From positions 12,028,001 to 12,092,000 of the forward strand of contig OZ116705.1 of the NCBI GenBank assembly GCA_964199315.1: DNA of 64,000 nucleotides. The letters are read 5' to 3'. The notes under the pieces are model-generated. The model searched no databases. It saw only the letters and a list, made by a program, of their open reading frames with translations, and was not told the origin of the DNA. Below are positions 37,274 through 50,304 of the stretch, piece by piece; position 1 is the first letter of the stretch; the number at the start of each line of letters is the position of its first letter. The translations under genes were made by a program, and so were the position numbers. This DNA is from Orbicella franksi (lineage: Eukaryota).

Positions 37274-37697
37274 ATAAATTGCTATTAATTTATTCTTGAA
37301 ATCTGTTTCATCACTGGTTGGCTGACTAAAGCTATGCACCGAACTCCACTCATAACCTCACTGCTTGCCATTCAATTACTGTTACTTCATTTGGATCACG
37401 CACATTCGTGCTGCACACCGGAAAAAGAAGGAGACTGCCCACCTAGCTAGTCTGCAATTGAAACAGAGATCTATCTTCGCCAAGCTCTCCTGGATTGTCT
37501 GAGAGTCTCCCAGATCCAGACTGAATCTCACAGTGGCCCAAAATATAAGTACACTTTACACTATTAATTAGCTATTTTTTGCATATTTTTAGTTAGAAAA
37601 TGTACAAATTAATATTCAACACTTTTTTGGTGGTGAATCAGCAGAGCACTACTTCAAACAATTTTAGTTTAGGGCCAAAAAGTAAACTTGGCCAGCA

Positions 37698-38160
37698 AGC
37701 TCTAATATCTATAAAGATTGGCATCTTGATAAATATGATTAATATAGAATAAGCTTAAAGCTGGCCAGGCATTTATAATTCCACTAAAATGATTGACTAA
37801 AAAATTCAATTAAATCTTTCACCCTGTTAAAATTCAATATTTACATTATACTTAGAAATAGCTTATAATTTTCACAGACAGTATTGGGTAATTTTTAAAT
37901 TTATACCACATGTGTATTAGGGTCAAGAAAATAAAATTGCCGAGCTCCAATATCTATAAAGATTGGCATCTTGATAAATATAATTACATAGAATAAGCTT
38001 AAAGCTGGCTAAGCATTTATAATTCCACTAAAATGATTGACTAAAAAATTTGAATAAATCTTTCACCCTGTTTATTATATTTACATTATACTTATAAATA
38101 GCTTATAATAATATTATTCTCATAGACAGTAATGGTTAACATTTAAATTTATATCACATG
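37698..38160. repeat. Tandem duplication, unit about 246 bp, 2 copies
   Basis: GCTCTAATATCTATAAAGATTGGCATCTTGATAAAT... at 37698 recurs near 37944 with scattered substitutions and indels. Confidence 0.85.
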
Positions 38161-41074
38161 AAGGTATTTAAAATCATTCAAAAGATCACATACAAGAAGT
38201 ACATACACTCATTGGGAAAAAAAAAAAAAACCCTGGATTTCATACACCGTAATATCCACTTCCAAAATTGAAGCTTGAAGTCTTCAGGTTTGTTCAGACA
38301 ATGTACCTATACTGTATATATATGTAAACTTTCTAGTATTTTTTTTTTTTTTTTGACAGACAGAAATAAATCAAATATCACCTACAAGATGTCCATACAC
38401 ATGTTCTATTAAAATTTCCACTAGCCACCCAGCCAGTCATAACTGGTAAACAAGCTGTGTAAATAATGTATTAAAATAATAATGTGTCTGCAGTGAATGG
38501 CAGCAACCGGTTTTGACCACAGGGAAAACGAAACTCTAAAAATAAAACTCAAACCCTGAAAGCGAACTGCTTAGGGTTTTCAAACCAGGAAATTTTCCCA
38601 GAAAGTGAGCGAGATTTAGTACATCGTGCTAAATTTGATATAGACACAAAAGATGAAAATTCAGCCATCTGTCCGACACACATTTGACAGCTGTCCACGG
38701 TTGCAAAACGTAAATGCAGATGAATAATTTTTGCTTTTAAGCGCTATAACAAGACTTCCTGAGACAGAAAGAAAGCGATAATTCGACGGCCCTTCCATGA
38801 GGCCATAACTACAAGAAGAAGGCCTGAAACGTTGAAATTGTTCTAAAAAAACGAAATATATTAAAGCTTAAATGACTGGTCAAACATTAGCGAATCTGAG
38901 CTTAAGACACCCGTCGAAGAACGAAGTTTCACTGTTCATAGCACACGTCAGGAAAAGTTTAAAGCTCTGTGACTACATTCTGCGACGGAATATATCTTTA
39001 CCACCCTAATGCTACAAAAGATCTTGCTAATTTTTAATTTTTTAACATATTGAAATCTCCTATTTAGGAGACGACCGACAGAACACAAAAGAATCTGAGT
39101 GACACATGGCACAGGTCTTAAATCGTCAGTCGATGTTCTCACGGTAGTTTGAGCGCTTTCTTACCTCCAAGAAATGTTCTCTCGTCGAGGAGGTCTTTAG
39201 AGAGGCTGGGAACTTCAAGGCCTAGATGAATCGTTGGCTTGTTTTTAAAGGCAGAGAAGTCCAATAGGGGTGGCGGACAAAAACAACAAAAAAATTTAAC
39301 AGCCGAGACACTTGCCTGTGTTGTTTTGTTGTGTGTGTGACACCCAGTGAACATTCGATGATGGGGATAGCCGCTGGTATGACTGCGGGCACACAGATTC
39401 CACGATTGACATATGGCCGCTACAGGGGCCAGTGTGGCCACAAATCACAGAACTCAGAAACACCTCCACCAAATCTGGTGGAGGAGACAACAAAAAACCC
39501 CAAACAAACAAACAAAAAACAAACAAATAAACAAACAAACAAATCAAATAAACCAAAAAAATTATAAAACAAGAAACACTTTCACAAATCGCAAAACCCT
39601 TCTACAGATCGAAACACTTGGCCATCACAAAGCGCCCTGGTTCTGCAATCTGCTTGTGAATCACAACCATAAACGAACTCATAACTGATTATCGTTGAAA
39701 TATCGAAACATGTTTTGCTATAAACTGAATAAATTTTTGATTTTTGGTTAAAAAAATAATAAATCAATAAAAATAAATAAATAGTTCTTTGTCTGCGTCA
39801 ACTAACATGTTTTTTCAAATAATGATTTTTTTTTCTCGTTTTAATAAAAAAAAAATTCTTGCAGTAATTTTGCCCCCTTTTTTGGTGGTTTTATAACGGT
39901 TTTTTTCTTTTTTGTATTTAAGGTAGACGGCAAGGCTCCCTTTCGGGCGGTGCAATGGCTGCAGACTTCTAATCCATCGCGACTGAATACAGTCCAAGTC
40001 CAACACAGATGGGTCCAGACAGGTCCACCTAAGGAAGGGAACTCTTACTAACGTTTTGTAAGAATCATGACATCCAAGATGGCGGCTGTTCACATCTTTG
40101 AAGACCCTATGCTTCCAGCATTTTCGTTTGCGGTCTCGTGCACATTTGCATTTAGAAATAATGACGTAATTTCTACGTTAAACACGTCATAATTCCGTCA
40201 TTTTCTCTTGGTACCTCAGAGGAAATACCATGTACCATGCCGCTTAAGGCCTCGGCTTACAACAACTTTGTAAGGACTTTTAGATGGGCTTATAAACGAA
40301 GGGGCTTGTCTCCGAGGGGGCTTGTAACTGGAACAAAAAAAAAAAAGGTTTCTAATTTACTTTTTTGATTTAATCAAACGAATTCAAAACAAGGAAGGTT
40401 AGAGGAGGGCTTATATCCGGATGCTGGTTTTGGTATACAGGTTGATGGGACTATAACGGGTGGGAGGGTTCATAAGCGACAGTTTACGGTTATATAAACA
40501 ACAGCCTCCTTTTGGCGCGAACATATGCTCGGATCTTTGTCTAGCCTGCGTAGCAAGCGTTTCCGTGGGGTTGGGGAACAAAGAAAGACCGAGGAACGGG
40601 AGGGTAAATTGGGCGGCTAGCCAGCCCTTTATTGGAAAAGCAAAAACTAAAAAAAATGAAAAAGATTGTGAATATTGAAGCAGAAATTAAGGTAAACAGT
40701 CTCCGACCTGGACAGATGCCTAATTGCCATTTCTTCTTGGTGGCATTGCTAGTATTTCTGGTGAAACAGTTTTTTTTGTTTGGTTCCAATTCTCAAATTG
40801 CAACATTTTGGGGACAGGTCTTACTTATTCTGCAACCCTGATACACCAGCGACCCCTCCCCCCTTGGAAAATGCTGGATCCGCCCCTGCTCCCAGAAGAC
40901 TAGAGAAGCCCTCTAAGATTGCAGCTCTTTGCATGTTGGAATTTTATGCCGTGTCACAGAATAATCAGTTACTTCAAAACATCGAGCTTAAATTCCGGGG
41001 GAGAGAAACTGAGCAGTCGGAGGAATTTGGGTTTTGGGAATTTGGGCTGCCTGTCTAACCTGTAGCGTCAATCA

Positions 41075-41213
41075 GTCCGTCTGTCTGTCTTCCTGTCGGT
41101 TTGTCTGTCTGTCTCTCTGTTTGTCACAGAATGAATAATTTGGGTTTTGGGAATTTGGGCTGCCTAGCTCACATGTAGCTGCGGTGTCTGTCCGTCAGTC
41201 CGTCCTTCCGTCC

Positions 41214-41251
<38 letters not shown>

Positions 41252-41298
41252 GTTTGTCTGTCTGTTTGCCCGTCTGTTTACCTGTCTAGTCTGTCTGT
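41075..41298. repeat. (TCTG)n/(TCCG)n microsatellite cluster
   Basis: Direct inspection; the flanking GGGTTTTGGGAATTTGGGCTGCCT is duplicated. Confidence 0.85.
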
Positions 41299-42347
41299 AG
41301 AGCGGTTGAGGAGGTAGCTCCATTAGGAGGTTTGACTTAATAGCTTTGAGCTAAGGTCACTCAATATGGGTCGCACTTACTCACTATCATCACCCCATAA
41401 CCTCACAGGTAATTCTTTGTTCCAATAATAGTTTAATTAGCATAAACACTTCAGTCTCCGATAGAGCTACAAAAAGATCAAATCTGAACATCGAAGGGTG
41501 TGACAATCTAAATTGAATTCTGTATATTATATTTCCGGTACTCTAGACTGGACAAATATTTATCAACTACCGGGTCGAGTCACTATTGACACCAGAAATT
41601 GTAGCATAAGTATACGTCGCAGCTAAGTCCAGTTTTCACTGACGACACAATTGCAAGTACAAGGTGTCTATGCCACGTGATAACGAACGTCGACATAAGC
41701 AGAAGCACAAGCATGAGAACACGATGTTTACTGGTTACAAGGCTCCGTTCTCGCCTCGGCCAATGTGGCAGCAGAAATTCTCAAGCGTCGCGTGTTCCTT
41801 CTACCCTTGCGACGAAAGAAAGCGAAAGCCACTTCAAAACAAGGTGGAAGACAAAACGCTTTAGGATAATGGACATTTTTAAAGAAAGGAGATCAGAAGC
41901 ATTTTTAGAACCTCGTGGAGGAGCTGAGTTTGAGATGGTGAATTTTACTAGCTTAATTCACACTTGGGCCTTTTCATTTCCGTCTTTAAATTTCCTACTC
42001 TTTTTGTCGTACAACATCCTATAGTTCCGAACAATTCGAGATCGCAAACTTTTCACCAAAATCAACAAAGCGCACGGAAGTTTTGTTCAAATGTTCAGAC
42101 GCGGGGCAATCTTGAACGAGTGCTTTAATTGGCCAGATATAGTAAATTCCCTTGTGCTCGCCTTGTGCGGTGTTTCGTTTTCACACGGCATATAAAAGTG
42201 AATGCAAGCACAAGCCAAAGCACAGGAAAAGGAAAAATTTTGATCCTTACGCTTGTGCTTGCGCTTATGCTTGCGTCGAGGTCGTTTTCACGGTGAAATA
42301 TGAACTGATAAGCTTCCAGGAGGGTTAAACATCCCGCTATTGTTCTT

Positions 42348-42370
42348 CTGGCCCAAGTTGTCCAAAGGGC

Positions 42371-42404
<34 letters not shown>

Positions 42405-42498
42405 GTGGATAGTGTAGAATGTCTTAGTAACACTCAACCACTGGATAGCTATTTATCCGGTGGATAGCGTTATCCACCCTTTGAACAACTGGGGCCAG
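42348..42498. mobile_element. Palindromic MITE (GGATAACGCTATCCACCGGATAA family)
   Basis: Inverted arms; directly abutted by the MITE at 42499-42726. Confidence 0.8.
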
Positions 42499-42726
42499 GG
42501 GCCCGTTTCTCGAAAGCCCCGGAAACTTTTCGGGCCCGTGAAGCCATTTTTAGTTCATCTGTATCTAAAAACGGAGAAGTGTATACGCCTGAAACTTCTT
42601 GTATGAAGAGAACCTCTGTTCATGTTAAGAATACGTGAATAAAACAGCTCTGTAATCATAAGCTTCGAGATTTTGCTATGGCTTTCCGGATGCGAAAACT
42701 TTTCGGGACCTTCGAGAGACTGGCCC
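42499..42726. mobile_element. Harbinger-like MITE, second copy
   Basis: Homologous to 26488-26715; CAG TSD at 42496-42498 and 42727-42729. Confidence 0.8.
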
Positions 42727-42729
42727 CAG

Positions 42730-44390
42730 GTGTTTAAAACTATCAATCCTTTGTTGATTCCAGTTGTTGATGGCTAAACGAATTTCTCTCTCTTTCTCTC
42801 TCCACTCAAGTTGGTTCCCTCGTGGCTTCTTATCATCTTCGGTATTCCTCTGGCTGGTAAATCTGCGGAGCCGGAGGGCCTTGAAAAATGAATCTCTTTC
42901 AAGAGATTTAGCCCCTTCATTGTTGGCTGCTCGCATAGATAAACACAAGAAAAGACATCCGTGATGTTTTGCTGCATTTTTACCTTTCTTTACATACAAA
43001 GGGCCAAAGAAATTTATACCAACGTAGGAAAATGGTGGTTTGCCAGGAATCAACCGGTCCCTGGGTAGATTTGCCATTACTCGCTGGCCTCGTAAGGCCT
43101 TCTATATTCACCATAAAAACCTTAAGGCATTAGAAGCCTTGAGATCGACGTTTATTTGATGGAACCTGCTTCGATGTCTGAAGGCAGAGCAATTGGTTCT
43201 TGACGAAATCTAACTTGGACACCGCAAACAAGCTGTTGGTTAAATCTGGACCATTTAGCTATAGTACATGTAGCTGGACGTCGTTAAGCGATGTTGCTTG
43301 GTATCGTGCTGCACAGTACACCAAATACCATTCTCCATTTCTCTGGTTTGTGAGGATGAGAGATTTATAATACCTAAGCTCTACCTTAGGTATTCGTTGA
43401 GCATAGCCCTTTTTAATGTAGTCTTTCATAGTTCAATTGTGTCTTGCAAAGAGCTCTTGTTGGCAAAAAATTCTTCTTTAGCAAACACATTTACATTCTC
43501 ACAGGGCCAGCAATTCTCAAACACACGTGTAGGCGTTGGCTTCTTCTGTCGTTGGTTGGGCTGAATTAAAAGTAGCTGTCTTCTGACAAATGAATTTTAT
43601 CGGGTGATTTCGTCGGTCGTTCTCCAACAGTAAATGGATCCTTTTGAACGTTTGCGGACTTGGAAGACACCGCAGTCTGAACTTAATCCTTCTGAATTTG
43701 AACGCTTTCTGTGTCATCTACAGCTATAGGTGGAGCTCTTTCAATGAAAATTCACCGCATCCAACAGCTCGTGTTATGGAAGCAAGGTATCGCATTTTCC
43801 TGTAACTCCAGTCGTTCCGTGAGCTGCTTCAACCGTAACTCTGCAACCGCTTTCTCGACCCTAGCTTCCTTTAACACTTAAGCGGAACTTGTTTTTAAAC
43901 CCGAACGCCGACTATTCCTCGCAGTGAAAGAGCACTTGGCTGTTGAATTATCGAATCACATGGGTGAGTGTCGTCCGGGCAATAGTAGAGTTGTATATTA
44001 AGCTAAGCGCTTTCGATCCATTTATTAACACGCTGATGAAATCAGAACTTCTCATGAAACCGACTTTTGATTCCAGAGTCGCTGATTTACTTTCCTCCAG
44101 ATCATGTATAGGCTTTGCGCATGCGAATGCTGCATAGATAACTTTAAGCTTTTTATTGACGAGTATCGTGTTCTGTTTGTTTAACAAGTCAGTAAGACCT
44201 CCGCTTTATTGTAAAGTATCCTTGTTCCTTGATAACCAGCATAAGATCGTTTTAAAACTGTTTGTTTTTCGTTGGCCATGTATCAGGACGTCCCCACGAG
44301 CACTGGGCACCGCATTACCCCTTTTGCAACAGTTGGCCACGAGACGGGCTTTGCAAGAACACACTGATTTAGTAATTGGTAATTCATAAT
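42730..44390 (-). mobile_element. Degenerate BEL/Pao LTR-retrotransposon internal remnant (gag, RT and integrase pieces)
   Basis: Integrase MANLPRDRL...PFSYVGINFFGP...GCLF...ALR..RF; RT NGPDLTNSL..RFRQEPIA..DIE..FHQ..LRFLW; gag-like EARVEKAVAELRLKQL. Many stops and frameshifts; outer boundaries approximate; no LTR identified. Confidence 0.8.
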
Positions 44391-45121
44391 GTTATCAGAA
44401 ATGGAAAGAATATGGAAATATCCTTTAAGAGGGAATTTTTATGGACGTTACTCCTTTAGGGCATTATGTAATAACTGTATCACCCAACTAGTGGATTAAT
44501 GCAAATCCTGCATTTTAATTGGCTGCGATTCTAAAGGACTATTTAGTAATAGTCCTCGAGTAGCGAAATTGGCGCAATCGAGCGTGCCGCTTGCTTTCGT
44601 TTTATTCCCAAATATTTCTTCAACTTGCATTTGCTAACTTTATTATTACCTTTTCTGTCCGACTAAGTGAGTGATACTAAAACAATTAGACCTTTCGCCC
44701 TCAAGGGCCACGGGTCAATAGCCCATTCGACTTAGCCTCATGGGCTATTGACACGTACCTCTTGCGGGCTACGGGTCTAATTGTTAATTATTATATGGCT
44801 GTGTCTCACAAGGACTGGGAACTACCGAATTCATCAATTTGATTGGCTGAGATCGATATTGACCGCGGTCTAGATTTTCCCATCTAGACCGGCACCTCGA
44901 CCGATTACATTTTGCCGTAAAAAACTATTTTCTTCCAAAATATTAGTTCCAGAAAATATCTATGTTATGGAAGTGTGAAGCCTGATGAGGAAAAAAAGTA
45001 AAGAGGACGAGTTTGGCAGAATTAAGTTCAGCTCATCGCAGTTCGTAAGCAAAATGTCAGCTAGTACAAACCAGTTACATTAAACAAATTAATTTTTTCT
45101 TGTCTGCCATATAATAAACAT

Positions 45122-45256
45122 CTTATTAACCGAGCTTAGTCGATCTGTAAGTGAGAATCTTGACCTCGGTCGTGTGTACAGACCTCACTGCGTTCGGTCT
45201 ATACTCCCGACCTCGGTCAAGATTCTCCCATGCAGACCTCCTGCTCGGTTAATAAG
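45122..45256. mobile_element. Palindromic MITE (CTTATTAACCGAG family)
   Basis: Inverted arms TTATTAACCGAG / CTCGGTTAATAAG; related element at 56173-56313. Confidence 0.7.
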
Positions 45257-45429
45257 AGCTAATTGTTATATGGCTTGCTCGCTGAGCGGGCAAGATGAAC
45301 CAAATTATGCGATGTGATTGGCTACCCGAGCGGGCAAGACGTCGCTATATTGCCCGCTCGGAATTACGCGCTTTTTTTGTCCCGCACGAAAATTTAGAAT
45401 ATTACGTAAATGAATTTAGTTCCTTCTTC

Positions 45430-45936
45430 GTTGTGCATGCATTTTTGTGCAGATCACGAAGAAACTCTTAAGCATCTTTTAATTAACTGTGCCTATTCCA
45501 AACATTTTTGGCTTTCTGTCATTTCCTGGTTAAGTATTTGATTGACAAGCTTGATGAAATAACCATCCTTACTTTTTGGTAACTATATTTGAGAATAATT
45601 ATTTGCTAAATCACACAATCATTCTAGGAAAATATACCATTTATATAGGCCGGAGTAAAAATATCAAGCCATCTTTATATTTATTGAAGGTCAAAACAAA
45701 AGAACCTCAGGTCGAAAACTAGTCAGAATTTCAATTGCAAAAAAAGGAACAAGACGGAATCTGTTCATTAAGAAAAATGGCAAAATATGTAAGTTGTAAA
45801 TAGTAAAAATCAGAGGTCAATATTAGTACTCATGGAATCAATCATGCCATCTGAGATTAATTTTTAATCGTATATATCTAGCTGACTGTGTTATGTACAT
45901 GAGATTTCATAATTAACGTTACTTTTTAGTGTTAGT
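45430..45936 (+). mobile_element. 5'-truncated Tx1/L1-clade LINE 3' end (resumes at 49375-49562 after the RTE insertion)
   Basis: CCHC knuckle CMHFCADHEETLKHLLINCAYSKHFW, then LLNHTIILGKYTIY; AT-rich UTR and A-rich tail resume after the right TSD. Confidence 0.75.
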
Positions 45937-46100
45937 GGGGTCAAAGGCTGGTAAAAGGTCCCGGTGAGAGCTACTGTTGCCACTAGGTAGCTCTCGTAAG
46001 TACCGAGAAATGCCTACCGTCTCAAAAAGGCTCTGCCAGCAAGTCATATGTCACACCTTCACGTTTGGTGACCTTGGTAATACGATGTAGCTGAGTGACA
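45937..46100 (+). ncRNA. HDV-like self-cleaving ribozyme at the RTE 5' end
   Basis: P1 GGGGUC/GACCUU, P2 UGUCAC/GUGACA, P3 ACC/GGU, L3 UUCACGUUU, GG for P1.1, short P4, J4/2 CUGA; the first G coincides with the TSD-defined element start. Confidence 0.7.
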
Positions 46101-46351
46101 ATGGCGAAAGGCGAGCTTCCAGCGCCTTTAAATATCTGGTACCCGTGGCTAGGGGAAGGACACCCCGACAGAAAATCCCTGGTCCTCCAGGTTGGGGGTT
46201 GGGCATGGGGCCAATCACCCCATCCCGTAAAAGCAAGGTGATTACGGAAACCGGAAATTGATGTCAAGGCCACTCTTTTGAGTGTACCGATAACTATCAA
46301 GGAGCGAGATCAGCAGCCTGCTGTCTTACGGGAGACGACTCCGTCATCCTG

Positions 46352-49322
46352 ATGGACGGCAGTATGAGGAATGCAGGTGAAAGCCGAAAGGAAACTTGCA
46401 TGCGGACAAGGGCGTTGACTCACCCTAAGAAGACAATAAGAGTGGGATGTTGGAACGTGCGTACCATGTACAGCATCGGAAAGACTGCTCAGGTTTGTAG
46501 AGAGATGGCAAAGTACAAGGTGGAGATCCTAGGGATCAGTGAGTGTCGATGGACAGGGTCTGGGCAGGTTAGGACACAAACAGGAGTGAATATAATATTC
46601 GCTGGCAGACACGATAACCAACACCAAAGCGGTGTGGCCATTATGATGAGCAAGGAGGCATCTAGGGCCCTGGAGAGCTGGAACCCTGTGAGTGACAGAA
46701 TAATAACAGCCAGGTTCAAATCCAAGCACATAAAAACAACCATTATTCAAGTCTATGCACCGACCAATGACGCTGACACCAATGAAAAAGACGGGTTCTA
46801 TGAACTACTGCAACAGGTGTATGACAGGACACCTCGACATGACATCATAATAACCATGGGCGACCGGAATGCAAAGTTAGGGCACCAAATGGAGGGCGAA
46901 AACGGAGTGGTTGGTAAGCATGGTTTAGGAAGCGACAGATCTGATAATGGTGAAAGGTTCATAGAGTTCTGTGCGGCCAACAAAATGGCCATCATAACGA
47001 CCATGTTCCCCCACAAAGACATCCATAAGTACACCTGGACCTCTCCAGATGGAAGAACAAGGAATCAAATCGACCACATAGCTGTTAACGGAATATTTAA
47101 GAGATCGGTACAGGACGCCAGGGCTTTCAGGGGAGCCGACATTGGAAGTGATCACAACTTGGTTGTTGGAAATATTCGATTGAAGCTAAGTGGGGTGGTT
47201 AGAAAGCAAGGCGAAACGACTGCACGGAAATATAAGCTGAGCAAGCTAAAGGTGCCTGAGATTAAACAAAGGTTTGTCTTAGAACTTAAGAACAGACTTA
47301 GCTGCTTGACAGAAACTGAGTCTGATGAAACAGGAAATGATGACACCTAGAATGTCGAAAGCGTCGAGGAGAAATGGTCGAAAATCAAGACGGCCTACTG
47401 CGAAACGGCAAAGTCAGTTCTTGGTCATAGACAAAGGAAGAGCAAGACTTGGATAAGTGCAACAAGTTGGAGAAAAATTGACGAAAGAAGGAAATTGAAG
47501 AAGAAGATGGAAGAGACAAGATCAGAAAGGATAAGAGAAAGAAGGAGAATAGAATACAATGAGAAAAACAAGGAAGTAAAGAGAAGCTTGAGAGCAGACA
47601 AGAGGGAATCGGCAAATGCGCTTGCAAGGGAAGTCGAGGAGGCTGCAAGGAATGGCAACCTAAAAGAGGTGTATGAGGTAACGAAGACGTTATGCAACGA
47701 CCGGCCACGAAGAATGAACATGGTGAAAGACCAGGATGGAAAGCTATTAACAACAGAAGAAGAGATCAGACATAGATGGCAAGAACATTTCGACAATGTC
47801 CTGAAGCGGCCTGATCCAGTAGCCCCCGCAGTTGTCGACGATAGGCAGCAAAACGAATAGATGTCAGCGACGAATGTATCACCCGACAGGAAATAAAGCA
47901 AGCTCTGAAGAACATGAAGAATGGCAAAGCAGCTGGATTGGATTCAATCACAACAGAGCTACTGAAGGCTGACATAGAGACAACTGCGTGCCTGCTAGAA
48001 GACCTATTTCGCACGGTGTGGGAGACAGAGGAAATCCCGGAGGACTGGAATTGTGGTCTGATCGTTAAGCTTCCCAAGAAGGGGAACCTTACTAACTGTG
48101 GCAACTGGCGTGGAATGACGTTGTTATCTGTACCAGCGAAAGTTATGGGAAGAGCAATTATTACCAGACTGCATGATGCAGTGAATGGGATGCTAAGGGA
48201 AGAACAGGCAGGTTTCAGAACTGGGCGAAGCACGACTGAGCACATCTTTGTGCTGCGAAATGTCATCGAACAATCGCTGGAATGGAATGCAAGTCTGTAT
48301 ACCTGTTTTGTAGATTACGAGAAAGCACTTGATAGTGTCCACCGTGAAACACTGTGGAGGATAATGCAGTCTTATGGAATACCATCAAAATTCATAAGAA
48401 CTGTCAAATTGTTTTACAGTAACACCAAGTGTGCAGTGATCGATGGAGCAGGCAAATCGGATTGGTTTACCGTGAAAGCAGGAGTGAAACAAGGTTGTGT
48501 AATGTCAGGGTTTCTCTTCCTGCTGATAATAGATTGGATTATGTGTAGGACTACAGAGCAAGGTAATACAGGGATTCGATGGAAGATGAGGAGACAGCTT
48601 GAAGACCTAGACTATGCCGATGACATTGCGCTCATTTCCAGCACATGGACGCAAGCAAAAACGAAGTTAGAAAGACGGGAGCAACAGTGAAGGTACGGGT
48701 TTGAAGATAAATGTCAACAAAACGAAGGTGCTCAGACTCAATGCTAGGAGACAAGATCCTATAAAGATAAACGGCACTGATGTAGAGGATACAGACAGCT
48801 TTGTCTATCTAGAGGGCCACTGTTAACAACTTGGGTGGTGCCGAACAGGACATTCGGAGTAGGTTAGGTAAAGCTAGAAGTGTTTTTCATCGACTTTCAA
48901 AGGTGTGGAGAACAGGTGAATTCCGCCGAGAAACTAAGATGAGGATCTTCAAGTCTTGGAGAATGACAAAAGCGGATGAAAAAAGGCTTGACACCTTTCT
49001 TCACAAATGCCTAAGGAGAATCTTGTAAGTCCATTGGCCCATGCATGTGCCCAATGATGAAATTCGGAGAAGAGCGGGAATCGAAAAGATCAGTACACAA
49101 GTGCGACGCAGGCGATGGAAGTGGATAGGTCATGTTCTGCGTATGGCACCAAACCGAAACCCACACGTGGCATTATCCTGGGCACCAAGTGGAAAAAGAA
49201 GTAGAGGACGGCCAAGGGAAACATGGCGGAGAACTGTGGAGAAGGAACGCGCTGAGCTGGGACTTACATCGTGGCCGCAACAGCAGCTGTGGCCAAGAAT
49301 AGGGACAGATGGCGAGCATTGA
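46352..49322 (+). pseudogene. RTE ORF (APE endonuclease plus reverse transcriptase), disrupted
   Basis: GCWNVRTM, GISECRW, SDHN (APE); QAGFR, GVKQGC, YADD (RT). In-frame TAG at 47348-47350, frameshifts near 47860 and 48680, small deletion near 48955. Confidence 0.92.
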
Positions 49323-50304
49323 TCTCCGGCCCTATCCCCCACTCGGGGGCAAGGAACTAAGCTTTAGTGTTAGTAATTAGTGTAAGTGTTCAGTAGTGTA
49401 ATTACATTTACTTATGTTATTGTTAGTATGTTAGCCATTTAATATGTAAGTAATTTATTTGGAAATTAATTTTTCTTTAATTTAGTTGTAAAGGCGATAA
49501 AAGTAAAAAAAATAAAACCGAAGATAAAAAAATCAAAATAATAAATTTTAATAAAAAAAAAATCAACAAAAATGTTTGGCATGGGATTCCCTATTTCGCG
49601 AGTTGCGAGTTGAAAGTTACAACGGGTGCGTTCACCGAATATGCCACTGACCAGATGGTCCGCTATTCATTGCAGCAATGGCATCCACGATGCCATTGAA
49701 GTATGTAATAGCAATTTTCATATCCACAAAAATCTTAGTCATTCTGTGATCTCAGTTTGTTTTGTAACACTTTCACGTATTTGCAAGGAGCAATTTCCAA
49801 TTATTTGCACAGCTTACGTTATGAAAATGCGACATAGAGGAACGGAATTGAGAAACTCGTCACCCTATATTTAAAAAAACATCAAAACTAAGGTTGTTAC
49901 GCCTCAAACAGCAGCTGAAAAGAGATTCGTTAAGAATTGACACCGACGGTCCTGCTGAAGCCACGCGAACTATGATAACAACCTTGTAAATTCCTAGAAG
50001 CAAGTACATCTAGTGACGGCAGTGACAGCTCGCAGCTCGCAGCTTAGCTTATCTCTGTCTGCATAGGGATGGGTCTGGAAGTGCTAAGGAAACCTCGATG
50101 GCCCTCCTCCACTGCTGCCATTCACTGGCAGGCCCTTCTGCCAATGCGAAAATTAAATCACAATAGTTATAATATAAGTTGTTACCGAAATAAAAATGTT
50201 AATTTGGGGAGCTATTTTTATTATTTTTTTTTTTTTGAAGAATAACACAAGATGTAAAAAAATTAGCAAGAACAGCAATAATAGCAATATTATACACAAC
50301 GAAT

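Larger units (their letters stand above)
45937..49362 (+). mobile_element. Full-length RTE-clade LINE with 12-bp TSD
   Basis: TTTAGTGTTAGT at 45925-45936 and 49363-49374; RTE-type 5' UTR motif TCCAGGTTGGGGGTTGGGC...ACCCCATCCCGTAAAA; APE and RT domains. Confidence 0.93.

Noticed and set aside
39139-40130. Small gene or extra coding exons upstream of the winged-helix gene
   Set aside because: A donor at 39167 and a YY1-like CAAGATGGCGGC near 40075 suggest promoter/5' UTR, but no frame joins the 36154 acceptor without a stop and no protein is recognisable.
45937-46030. Twister or hammerhead ribozyme in the RTE 5' hairpin
   Set aside because: Conserved core elements are absent or out of order; the hairpin fits as the J1/2 insert of the HDV-like fold.
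46489-48266. Minus-strand ORFs over the RTE, and plus-strand ORFs over the transposase (50311-51840)
   Set aside because: Antisense shadows of real coding frames.
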